In this document: positions 41,222 to 49,264 of the stretch, piece after piece
Numbering within the stretch: position 1 is the first letter of the stretch
Layout: each line of letters begins with the position of its first letter
Virus record (IMG/VR): IMGVR_UViG_3300020442_002355
Coordinates: 1 to 54,147 of that record
DNA from: a virus
Lineage: Duplodnaviria > Caudoviricetes
Direction: 5' to 3' (one strand)
Length of the DNA stretch: 54,147 nt
Position numbers and translations under genes: made by a program
The notes under the pieces: generated by a model
Told to the model about the DNA's origin: nothing
Database searches by the model: none
The model's input: only the letters and a program-made list of their open reading frames with translations

Positions 41222-41780
41222 ACTGCTCCTTTACAATGTTGCGTAAATCATTCCAGAAAATGACATTGTTATCGACACGTCTTGCCATCTTCTCTCTATC
41301 GATGCAATGGACATTTGCCATGGCATGTTTAGGATGAACGCCCTTACATGATGTCACTATTATAACATTCTTTCCATTATATTGCAGTCCTTCGTTCATA
41401 GTTGCATCGGCAGCAATGTTAGAGATATTGTCTGCATTGGTCAATTGAGTGTTAGGATTTGCCTTGAATTTGACCTGAATTACATTAGGTTTGCCGTCAA
41501 TTGTAGAGAGTCCACGTCCATCAATACCGCGATCATAATCGAAATTTGGTTCATAGTTTGCAGTGTATGTGAGTGTATGATCGCCATTGAAGAACTTGAG
41601 GAAGTATTCAACGAACCACTCAAATCCATCTCCCATGAACTTCAATGGGTCATAGAAGTCTGGATCTTGCTTCTTACCAAGGGCAACCAACTTTTTCAGG
41701 AATGAATCTAACTTATTGTCAGAGATTAGAGAGTCAATCTCTTCACAATCAAAACCAAATGTGTGTTGCAGTTTCATCAC
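41214..41780 (-). CDS. Mrr-like PD-(D/E)xK restriction endonuclease
   Basis: GDGFEWFVEYFL ... DRGIDG ... VIQVKF, matching the Mrr-type FE / DxGID / QxK signature. Confidence 0.7.
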   Translation of the reverse strand: MMKLQHTFGFDCEEIDSLISDNKLDSFLKKLVALGKKQDPDFYDPLKFMGDGFEWFVEYFLKFFNGDHTLTYTANYEPNFDYDRGIDGRGLSTIDGKPNVIQVKFKANPNTQLTNADNISNIAADATMNEGLQYNGKNVIIVTSCKGVHPKHAMANVHCIDREKMARRVDNNVIFWNDLRNIVKEQYA

Positions 41781-42907
41781 TTGATGGCAGAGAGGGGGAT
41801 GTAGTTGAGAGGTTTGTCGGAAAGATAACGCTGAGAGAAGAGAATGGATTCTTTGATTTTGTTGAACTTATCGCCGTTCAAGAAATTGACCATCTCCTCT
41901 GAAGTATCGAGAACATAGTAGATGTGTCTACCACAACCTTCGTTCTCAACCCTTGCCATTGATTTGCCCTGATCACGAAACACAGTCTTAGGCACATCGT
42001 GGTGTTCATGCATCTTAGAAGAGTAAAGGTAAGTAATACCTTCGCTGTTCAGTTTTTCAATGATTGAATACTGATGCTGGTCAGTTTTGACCTTACTCAT
42101 GTGCTTCAACCGTGATTCATGAGAATAACTCTGATAAACCTTCAGTTTCTCTTCATCAGACTCAAATGCTTCTGTCCAGAAATCGATGCTGGAATTAGGA
42201 ATGAAAGGAAACTGAGTTACATCATACTCACCTTTGACACCATCAGAAAACTCAATGATTGTTTTCTTGTAAGGTGCAACTTTTTCGATGGTGTAGATAT
42301 CGAAAGGGGTGGATGCTTTGAATACTTTTTTGCCTTCCTTTGCATCATTGATCTTCAATGAGACCAACTGATAATCCTTGTAGATATAAGAAAGTTTGTC
42401 ATTAGGTTGACGCCAACGGGGAGGATTGATGAATGAAAGAAAACCACCATCATTCAACAATTCAAGGGATTGTGCTACAAAGGTGTCCCAGATTGTGTTG
42501 CCAGAGGTCTTAGTACCTGCCTGATATGGAGGGTTGGCAATAACAACATCGAATTTCATGGGGCACCTAGACAGTTTGTTGAAAGGGGGAATATAATAAT
42601 TTATACCAATCTTAGAGCAAATACCTTTGACATTATTATAGTATTTCTCCTCCATTTTTGTCAATCGAACATTAGCACGTTCGATGAGAGTCAGATTGGT
42701 GAATCCATGCTCTTGAAGAGTCAAGCACAGAGTCAAGAAAGTATCAACAACTGCAATAGGTGCATCCTTAGCAACACCAAAAGAAACGAGTTGTTGAACC
42801 ATCTCCTGTGCAATCTCTTCAGAGATAGGACGACGATCGTCAGCAGGTTTGATACCCTGAGAATAAAACTTTCTCAGTGCTTCACGTTTTTGGAATAGAG
42901 TTGCCAT
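41777..42907 (-). CDS. N6-adenine DNA methyltransferase catalytic domain + TRD (Eco57I/TaqI-like), lacking an intact motif I
   Basis: FDVVIANPPYQ (motif IV), LLNDGGFLSFINP; no FxGxG in the N-terminal part. Confidence 0.85.
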   Translation of the reverse strand: MATLFQKREALRKFYSQGIKPADDRRPISEEIAQEMVQQLVSFGVAKDAPIAVVDTFLTLCLTLQEHGFTNLTLIERANVRLTKMEEKYYNNVKGICSKIGINYYIPPFNKLSRCPMKFDVVIANPPYQAGTKTSGNTIWDTFVAQSLELLNDGGFLSFINPPRWRQPNDKLSYIYKDYQLVSLKINDAKEGKKVFKASTPFDIYTIEKVAPYKKTIIEFSDGVKGEYDVTQFPFIPNSSIDFWTEAFESDEEKLKVYQSYSHESRLKHMSKVKTDQHQYSIIEKLNSEGITYLYSSKMHEHHDVPKTVFRDQGKSMARVENEGCGRHIYYVLDTSEEMVNFLNGDKFNKIKESILFSQRYLSDKPLNYIPLSAIK

Positions 42908-42955
42908 TGGTTGTGTGCTTGTATTACTAGGACAGTTTAGAGGCTTCAGTTACTA

Positions 42956-44362
42956 TCAATCAAACATATCCATGGGTTCATCAACACTCATCAGTTCGTC
43001 AATCTTGAGAGTGTGTTGCCATTGAATATCATAATCATTGATACGCTGGCGAATATCTTCTTCAAGATCTTCAACCACTTCATCCTCTTTGCCGCGTCCA
43101 GATACCTCAGTCAGAATACCATCAACAGGAACACCCATGCTGAGAAGTTGGTGGACAATATCACTGATGGCAGTGAAAGCATCATCAGTATCATCAGCGT
43201 GTTGAATGATAGTTACAATACCATACTTTTTGCCAGGGGAGGAACGAATGACCCGACCCATTGCCTGAACTGCTTTGATATTAGAGGAGATATTGCGAAG
43301 GAAAATAGTACCAGTGAATGCCTTCACATCGATACCCTCACCCAGCATATCATAGTGCAGGACAATCATCTTCTGAGTCAGATCCTGACCCAGTTCATCA
43401 AGTTTAGTGATGAACTTACCCTTATCAGAACCGCTGCAAATCTTGTCGTTGTTGATGTAACCACCATTGACAGAATCAACAGTCAGAACATCATAACCCT
43501 TTGCATTTGCCCACTTCATGATGGAATTGCGGATGTCCTGAATGTTCTTGGTTCCGCGACATGCAACCAGAACTTTGTGTGCTCCGGTGTCATAATGCTT
43601 GACTTCATAATAGTTGATGGTCTCCATGATTGCATCAACATCAGTAGAAACCTCATCAAGATTCTTTGCAGAAGCATTAGAAACTTGTAGGTGCAGGTAA
43701 GGGTGAACAATGGACCCCGAATCAATCAGGTCCTTGAACTTTACATTGCAGATGTTCTGACCATATACTTCAGCATTGTCAAATCCTGCACCAGTTGTAG
43801 ACTCACTACGACGGGGAGTTGCAGTAAAGAAATAGCAGTTATTAGCGTTAGAACTAATATATTTGACACTAGGGAAGCAGTTACTATCAGCAGCATTGTG
43901 TGCTTCATCGAAGTAAACTGCATCAATCTTCAGATTAGCAGATACAACCCGCTCAAGACTCTTGTAGGTAGTGAACAGAATCAGAGGTTGATCTGCTTTC
44001 TGTGCAATTCTGTAAGTATCTTGAATATCATCAATGACAGTAGAAGGAGACTGTGGTTGAACTTTAGTTCTGAACTTCAGATTGCGACGATCACGCTGAA
44101 ATGTCTCAGATTCAGAAGAAACTTGACGATAGACAAAATCTACATCAGACAGGTGATAATCGAACTCAGTGAACAACTGCTTAGCAAGAAGCAGTTGAGG
44201 AGCAACAACAACAATGACACTGCCAGGTGTTAGAAACCGGCGAGAATCAGTGATCATTGTGTAAGTTTTACCACCGCCAGTTCCACAGGTGATATAACCT
44301 TTCTTGTTGATTTGCATCGCGGAAAGCATATCTTCCTGATGCTGACGGAGAGTAAAAGTCAT
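42956..44362 (-). CDS. SF2 DEAH helicase (paralogue of 39594..40778)
   Basis: LRQHQ, GTGGGKT, DEAH, TATP, GEGIDV, QAMGRVIR. Confidence 0.9.
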   Translation of the reverse strand: MTFTLRQHQEDMLSAMQINKKGYITCGTGGGKTYTMITDSRRFLTPGSVIVVVAPQLLLAKQLFTEFDYHLSDVDFVYRQVSSESETFQRDRRNLKFRTKVQPQSPSTVIDDIQDTYRIAQKADQPLILFTTYKSLERVVSANLKIDAVYFDEAHNAADSNCFPSVKYISSNANNCYFFTATPRRSESTTGAGFDNAEVYGQNICNVKFKDLIDSGSIVHPYLHLQVSNASAKNLDEVSTDVDAIMETINYYEVKHYDTGAHKVLVACRGTKNIQDIRNSIMKWANAKGYDVLTVDSVNGGYINNDKICSGSDKGKFITKLDELGQDLTQKMIVLHYDMLGEGIDVKAFTGTIFLRNISSNIKAVQAMGRVIRSSPGKKYGIVTIIQHADDTDDAFTAISDIVHQLLSMGVPVDGILTEVSGRGKEDEVVEDLEEDIRQRINDYDIQWQHTLKIDELMSVDEPMDMFD

Positions 44363-44410
44363 GATGTTGTGTTGGTTGTGTGCTTACAATACTAGGACAC
44401 TTTAGAGGCT

Positions 44411-44881
44411 TCAGTTAGTTTCATCAATGGTTTGAACCTCTTCGATACCATTCTGAGAGTTGTATTCTGCTTTGATAGCAGTACCGCTAGCAAAACCAAC
44501 AATACTAGATGTTGAAACAATAGCAGCAAGGATTAGAGAGGCATTCTTACCACTCACACGGTTCTTTGCCAGTTTGTAAGAACCAAACCCGGCACCACCT
44601 AGCAGCACCCAAGGAAGCAACCACCAGGCAATCCCAATAGCACAAACAAGACCGATAAGTGCCCAACTTCCCTCAACATCAGAGGCACTGAATGAAGAAC
44701 CAGATGAAGAAGAGGAAGAAGAATTGTCATCGTGAATCTCAAAGATACGATTTACATCACTCTCGTCTACACCCTCACGTCTTGCAATTTGTTTCTTAGC
44801 AGCAAAAACATTTGCAGCATTTACCTCTACTTGGTATGGATGATCTCCAGATACCCAGACTTGTGCTTCAAAACGTGCCAT
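44411..44881 (-). CDS. Membrane protein (N-terminal domain, Ser linker, 2-3 TM helices)
   Basis: Hydrophobic segments WALIGLVCAIGIAWWLLPWVLLGG and LILAAIVSTSSIVGF; fills the interval between repeats 11 and 12. Confidence 0.75.
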   Translation of the reverse strand: MARFEAQVWVSGDHPYQVEVNAANVFAAKKQIARREGVDESDVNRIFEIHDDNSSSSSSSGSSFSASDVEGSWALIGLVCAIGIAWWLLPWVLLGGAGFGSYKLAKNRVSGKNASLILAAIVSTSSIVGFASGTAIKAEYNSQNGIEEVQTIDETN

Positions 44882-44933
44882 GATGTTGTGTTGGTTGCGT
44901 GCTTACAATACTAGGACAGTTTAGGGGCTTCAG

Positions 44934-45095
44934 TTACAGTATCTCACCTCGCATCTGTGCAAGTTTAGCAACACTATAGCACTCTAGGATAGTATATGCA
45001 ACCTCACCAGATACCATGTGCTCATCACAAAAATACTCCATTGTGTCCTCAATCAGTTCGATGAGTTGTTGATGCTTTGCTTCAGTGATAGTCAT
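44934..45095 (-). CDS. 53-aa hypothetical protein (not in ORF track)
   Basis: MTITEAKHQQLIELIEDTMEYFCDEHMVSGEVAYTILECYSVAKLAQMRGEIL; ATGA overlap, TAA stop in repeat 12. Confidence 0.7.
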   Translation of the reverse strand: MTITEAKHQQLIELIEDTMEYFCDEHMVSGEVAYTILECYSVAKLAQMRGEIL

Positions 45096-45967
45096 GCGTT
45101 TGTAGCGAAGTTTGCGAAAGAAAAGGACTCACGATTGACGAGTTTGAACATACCAAACTCATTGGTGCGGACATAACCCTCACCGATGCATTGACGGTTG
45201 CCTAGGAATGCCTTAGGACCGTTATTGCGACAGAGTTTAAGCATGTCCTCCTTGATAGATTTGATGAGGAACCAGTAACTAATCAGACGAGAGTTGTTGA
45301 ACTCCTCAGGGTCAATCTCACGTCCCTCACGAATACACTTGTTCAGTGCAATCTTAAGTTGTGCTGCCTCAGATACAGAGACAAAATCTACCAGTTGTGC
45401 CATCTGACGGGCAAAACCAATAATGTCACTGAAATCTTTGTCAACTGACCAGCAGTCAGGTTGAACAAACTTGACGAACTCATTGTCAGCGAATACCTCC
45501 ATATCTACCATGTCCATGATAGTGTAGGCATCCTTAAGTTCACCATCAGTCGCATAAAGAGTGTGAGGAGCGACAACAATGATTTGCTCAATAGGGTCAG
45601 GGAAGACATAAGTCACGGTATTAGGTGTGAAGGTATCTTCAAACATACCCCAACCTAGGAAGTCACCCTGAACAATGCCATCATATTGAGGCAGGAAAGT
45701 GAGACAATCGTGAAGGATTCGTGCAACCTCACCCTCATAGAGATCGTCAATCTCTTGATGAGAATGTGCAATCTTGATCTTTTTCTTGTTGAATACTGAT
45801 TTAGTGCCAACAAATTTGGTGCCAGTAGCAGGGTCAGTGCCCCACACAATAGCAGGTTTGCCATCAATCTTGACTGACATATCACTGTCAGACATAAACC
45901 AATCAAGGACAGATAAGTCACCCGTAAGGATGCTGTCCTCTGGATGTTCAAGGTGAGTGTTCTTCAT
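45092..45967 (-). CDS. Conserved phage protein with ligase-like nucleotidyltransferase motifs
   Basis: HLEHPED, SVKIDG (KxDG), VQGDF, GEGYV, FKLVNR. Confidence 0.7.
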   Translation of the reverse strand: MKNTHLEHPEDSILTGDLSVLDWFMSDSDMSVKIDGKPAIVWGTDPATGTKFVGTKSVFNKKKIKIAHSHQEIDDLYEGEVARILHDCLTFLPQYDGIVQGDFLGWGMFEDTFTPNTVTYVFPDPIEQIIVVAPHTLYATDGELKDAYTIMDMVDMEVFADNEFVKFVQPDCWSVDKDFSDIIGFARQMAQLVDFVSVSEAAQLKIALNKCIREGREIDPEEFNNSRLISYWFLIKSIKEDMLKLCRNNGPKAFLGNRQCIGEGYVRTNEFGMFKLVNRESFSFANFATNA

Positions 45968-45990
45968 ACTACTAGGACAGTTTAGGGGCT

Positions 45991-46179
45991 TCAGTTCTTG
46001 ATAAGCTCAAGAGTTTCAACAATACTAGTCATACAAGAACGTGAATAACCAGTAGCATAAGGATAACTTTTCTCAATTCCATCAGAACTACTATCCACAC
46101 CATGGCAGACAGCAATACTTTCTTTGAGGTTCTGAATCATAAGTTCCAGAACGTATTCGTCAATTTGATAGGTTTTCAT
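45991..46179 (-). CDS. Hypothetical protein
   Basis: Fills the interval between repeats 13 and 14. Confidence 0.75.
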   Translation of the reverse strand: MKTYQIDEYVLELMIQNLKESIAVCHGVDSSSDGIEKSYPYATGYSRSCMTSIVETLELIKN

Positions 46180-46228
46180 AGTTTAGTTGAGTGCTTACAC
46201 TACTAGGACACTTTAGGGGCTTCAGTTA

Positions 46229-46849
46229 TTACTTGTTAGTTGCCCAAGTTCTACTAAAGTTCTTTAATTTTACATCTTTTGGATTCTTACCTTGCTTTTC
46301 TGCTTCTGCATCTCTAACTCTTCTTTCAAGTTCTCTTTCACCTTGACGCATCAACTTTTGTCTTTCGCTTCTTGTGTATGATTTTTTAGGTTTACCTGCC
46401 TTTGGATCATATTTTGGAGAAACAGTCTTAGTTGTCTTCTTACTCAACAACTGTGATGCTGTAGGTGTTTTCTTTGCTGATGTAGGTGCTGGTTTACCAC
46501 TCTTTCTAGCAGCGATTCGTGCCTGTGCTGCTTTCTTTCTTTCTGCTTTTGCTGCTGCTGCCTGTGCAGATGCTGCACTTCCACGCTCACGGGTAGGTTG
46601 TTGCTCTCTTGTAGATGCTTGACGTTGAGAACCAATATCCTTACGTTTCTTATAGGGAGAAACGGGAGCAGTTTTACCACCACCAATTGCCTTGGTTCTT
46701 CTCATCTCCGGCGCAGACTTCTTACGGTCACGACCTACACGACCATCTGCATCTGTCTTCCTAATCTGACTACGACCCTGAACTTCCTTGTCGTATGCCT
46801 CAAATTGTATAGAATATGCTTCCGAAAGGAATTGTTGGAGAGTCTTCAT
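46229..46849 (-). CDS. Basic internal-head-like protein with capsid-targeting-like N-terminus
   Basis: MKTLQQFLSEA resembles the T4 IP capsid targeting sequence; Lys/Arg/Ala-rich; late promoter at 46876-46882. Confidence 0.7.
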   Translation of the reverse strand: MKTLQQFLSEAYSIQFEAYDKEVQGRSQIRKTDADGRVGRDRKKSAPEMRRTKAIGGGKTAPVSPYKKRKDIGSQRQASTREQQPTRERGSAASAQAAAAKAERKKAAQARIAARKSGKPAPTSAKKTPTASQLLSKKTTKTVSPKYDPKAGKPKKSYTRSERQKLMRQGERELERRVRDAEAEKQGKNPKDVKLKNFSRTWATNK

Positions 46850-46869
46850 CGGTCGTGTTTGTTATTCAT

Positions 46870-46908
46870 ATTATATATTTATCCCCTGCCCCCGTCAAGG
46901 GGCAGGGG
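46870..46908 (-). promoter_or_regulatory. Composite promoter: TTGACG-17-TATAAT + ATAAATA + 10-bp hairpin
   Basis: cccctgcccc-cgtcaa-ggggcagggg; the loop is exactly the -35 hexamer. Confidence 0.8.
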
Positions 46909-46916
46909 ACACTACG

Positions 46917-47144
46917 TCAATCGTCCTCTTCTTCAGTATCTTCAAGACCCCGAATCTTCTTCAGGGATTGATACGGACCTTTCCAAACTAGGTCTTCTTC
47001 ATAGAAGTAATTGACCCGTTCTTTGCGTGCTTGTTGCAACATATCCATTTGCAACTGTTGGTCCTTAGTAAAGACGAAATTCTGCTCCCTCCAAATCTTT
47101 TTCAGTTCGTTAATGTGGGACAGGACGTTTACAGTTTGGGTCAT
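46917..47144 (-). CDS. Hypothetical protein
   Basis: ORF track, co-oriented and gap-filling. Confidence 0.7.
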   Translation of the reverse strand: MTQTVNVLSHINELKKIWREQNFVFTKDQQLQMDMLQQARKERVNYFYEEDLVWKGPYQSLKKIRGLEDTEEEDD

Positions 47145-47147
47145 GAT

Positions 47148-47273
47148 TCAGACAGTGTAGGTTTCTTGGGCGAATTCGTCACACTTGACGTTGTTTTCAG
47201 GGTTATCTTCGTCGATAATGTCAAAGATTTCTCCTTGCATATCTTGAATCTCAGACCAAAGTTCGTCGTGCAT
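47148..47273 (-). CDS. 41-aa acidic protein (not in ORF track)
   Basis: MHDELWSEIQDMQGEIFDIIDEDNPENNVKCDEFAQETYTV; follows repeat 15. Confidence 0.6.
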   Translation of the reverse strand: MHDELWSEIQDMQGEIFDIIDEDNPENNVKCDEFAQETYTV

Positions 47274-47322
47274 AATTTTGATTGGTGCTTACACTAATGG
47301 GACACTTTAGAGGCTTCAGTTG

Positions 47323-47469
47323 TTATTTGGCAAGGATTTGGATGTTTGTTGCTCCTTGGTCCTTTACAATTCCCTCCCAGAATACAGCATCCTCAATTTT
47401 GTAGAACGTTGCAGTCTGCATTGCGTTGCCTTTTTTCTTCGGTTTGAGATACTTGACTTGATACTTCAT
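47323..47469 (-). CDS. 48-aa hypothetical protein (not in ORF track)
   Basis: MKYQVKYLKPKKKGNAMQTATFYKIEDAVFWEGIVKDQGATNIQILAK; stop abuts repeat 15. Confidence 0.65.
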   Translation of the reverse strand: MKYQVKYLKPKKKGNAMQTATFYKIEDAVFWEGIVKDQGATNIQILAK

Positions 47470-47629
47470 TCCAGTGTCTTAATACTCCAGATACAATAAA
47501 AAGGTTAGTGACCATGTAACTAACAAATATAAGGGTGCGAATGAGAGCAACCCAATCATCATAAGTTTCTGTCTTTGTGTCACTGAAACTCCCTAACGAA
47601 TATTTCCATATCGTCCAAATTCGTCGCAT
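47393..47629 (-). CDS. Small membrane protein
   Basis: W.IWKYSLGSFSD.KT...D.WVALIRT.IF...TN.FIVSGV.RHWN; C-terminus overlaps the next gene. Confidence 0.65.
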   Translation of the reverse strand: MRRIWTIWKYSLGSFSDTKTETYDDWVALIRTLIFVSYMVTNLFIVSGVLRHWNEVSSQVSQTEEKRQRNADCNVLQN

Positions 47630-47843
47630 TCTTATATCTCCTACTCTTCACATATACAAGTTCATCGTAATTATAACTGTTGACTACAATTAGGCAATGA
47701 TGTTTCTTGTGCATAGGCACTAGGTTGTCTGCTTTTGGTTTCACACTTATCTCAATAGTGAGATGATCCTCATCAAGATAATACACCCAACCCTCAACAT
47801 TTCTCCACTTGACGTAGTCATCAATTTTAGGTCGATAAGTCAT
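47580..47843 (-). CDS. Hypothetical protein
   Basis: ORF track; coupled small-gene chain. Confidence 0.7.
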   Translation of the reverse strand: MTYRPKIDDYVKWRNVEGWVYYLDEDHLTIEISVKPKADNLVPMHKKHHCLIVVNSYNYDELVYVKSRRYKNATNLDDMEIFVREFQ

Positions 47844-48148
47844 AGAAAAGCACGCTCTAATGGATTCAGATTGAGAGGCATAGCAGTGTAAGTTCTGGTG
47901 TCAGATAACTGAACTTCCTTACCTACTTTCTTGTGGTTGACTGGAGAATAATACTTTCGTTTTTTTGAATCATAGAACCCCCAGATGGTTCTAACGGGAT
48001 CAGAAGTGTAAGAAAAAGTAGAATGGTTCCGCAACCATATAGCAGTAACATTGCGTTTGAACGAAGTGTACTCATAAGAATAACCTTCAGGTGCTTTGTG
48101 TGTAAAATCAGGCGGACAGAGGTCGATCACTGACGGACAAGGATTCAT
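47840..48148 (-). CDS. Conserved cyanophage hypothetical protein
   Basis: H..PEGYSYE...TIWGF...TYTAMP.NLNPLE.AF. Confidence 0.75.
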   Translation of the reverse strand: MNPCPSVIDLCPPDFTHKAPEGYSYEYTSFKRNVTAIWLRNHSTFSYTSDPVRTIWGFYDSKKRKYYSPVNHKKVGKEVQLSDTRTYTAMPLNLNPLERAFL

Positions 48149-48335
48149 AGTCTGGATACATTGTAGTCACAATATACGTCGCAAGTTGTTGATTTGGTGC
48201 CACTACATCCACTGCCACATCTAACCACTGTGGAGCATCTTCAGGGGCATCTTGCATTGGCAGTTCAATACTGACCCGCCAAATGTTACCGTTCTTGAGA
48301 TGTTTGTCCCAAGATACTATCATATCAGGTTGCAT
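48108..48335 (-). CDS. Hypothetical protein
   Basis: ORF track; coupled chain. Confidence 0.7.
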   Translation of the reverse strand: MQPDMIVSWDKHLKNGNIWRVSIELPMQDAPEDAPQWLDVAVDVVAPNQQLATYIVTTMYPDYESLSVSDRPLSA

Positions 48336-48573
48336 GGTGTGCCTTTAAGTCAGGGTTTGCTTGAGATTTAGTGAGGTCACGACGAGACTGGTTCTTAATA
48401 ATAATGAACGCATCTTTGTTGTATTTGCGTGTGCCGATGGGAGATTGCCACTTTTTGTTGTACTCTTCCCCCACATCAATACCTGATACGGAAGTACCAC
48501 CAATCTCTACAGTGATTTCATCACCATCTTCCCACTTAAGTTTTTCGATGATAGCATTGATTTCATCAATCAT
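48325..48573 (-). CDS. Hypothetical protein
   Basis: ORF track; coupled chain. Confidence 0.7.
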   Translation of the reverse strand: MIDEINAIIEKLKWEDGDEITVEIGGTSVSGIDVGEEYNKKWQSPIGTRKYNKDAFIIIKNQSRRDLTKSQANPDLKAHHAT

Positions 48574-48809
48574 GTTGTAAACTGCTCCACAATTTCAGAC
48601 TCAACATCTTCTGCAAGGGCATACGTTGGTGCCTTCAAAATGTTTTCACGAAGACGATTGTAATAATCATCGTTCAATCCATCATCTTCCCTAGCAATCA
48701 AATCAAAACACTCTTCATCACTCTTGGCAACAACATTCCAGATGCCACCATATTCAGAGCGAGGGAATGGAATGAAATGATCAACAACGTAAAGGAATTT
48801 CTGAGTCAT
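48570..48809 (-). CDS. Conserved cyanophage hypothetical protein
   Basis: LY.VD...PFP.SEYGG.W.V.A. Confidence 0.75.
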   Translation of the reverse strand: MTQKFLYVVDHFIPFPRSEYGGIWNVVAKSDEECFDLIAREDDGLNDDYYNRLRENILKAPTYALAEDVESEIVEQFTT

Positions 48810-48838
48810 TGTCTCCTATGAATTACAGTTTGATTATA

Positions 48839-48958
48839 TCAGGAACAGAAAAATTCTGCAAGGTAGTAGTCAACTGTCACCTCAAGTTCTGCTGCTTCTT
48901 TTTCTACTTGATCCCAGAATTCTTGGGCACAAGCATCAAGTGGGTCTTTTTCAATCAT
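48839..48958 (-). CDS. 39-aa acidic protein (not in ORF track)
   Basis: MIEKDPLDACAQEFWDQVEKEAAELEVTVDYYLAEFFCS; follows repeat 16. Confidence 0.65.
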   Translation of the reverse strand: MIEKDPLDACAQEFWDQVEKEAAELEVTVDYYLAEFFCS

Positions 48959-48996
48959 AATCAGGTTGCTTACACTCCTAGGACAGTTTAGAGGCT

Positions 48997-49245
48997 TCAG
49001 TGAATATCAATGTGCAGGAAGGGCACTAAGTAATGAGAATGCCCGTGTCCTTTGTGATGATAATGCTTCTTAGGTCCGTGCCATAAACCGTGATGCCTTC
49101 CACTGTGCTTATGGCAGTGATGAATTGCTTTCTTAGGATGAATGTGGCAATGACTATGTTTGTGATGTGAATGATGGTGGTTACTATGTGCCATAGCAGG
49201 AGCACCAACCAATCCAAATAACATCAATGCAGGAAAGAGTTTCAT
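48997..49245 (-). CDS. Secreted His-rich peptide
   Basis: Signal-like MKLFPALMLFGLVGAPAMA followed by 63 aa with 25 His; stop lies in repeat 16. Confidence 0.7.
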   Translation of the reverse strand: MKLFPALMLFGLVGAPAMAHSNHHHSHHKHSHCHIHPKKAIHHCHKHSGRHHGLWHGPKKHYHHKGHGHSHYLVPFLHIDIH

Positions 49246-49264
49246 TAATTTAAGAATTTCTATT

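Noticed and set aside
49026-49217. 63-aa hydrophobic ORF overlapping the His-rich gene
   Set aside because: Alternate frame of CAT/CAC-rich codons; the His-rich frame has the signal peptide, promoter and repeat-embedded stop
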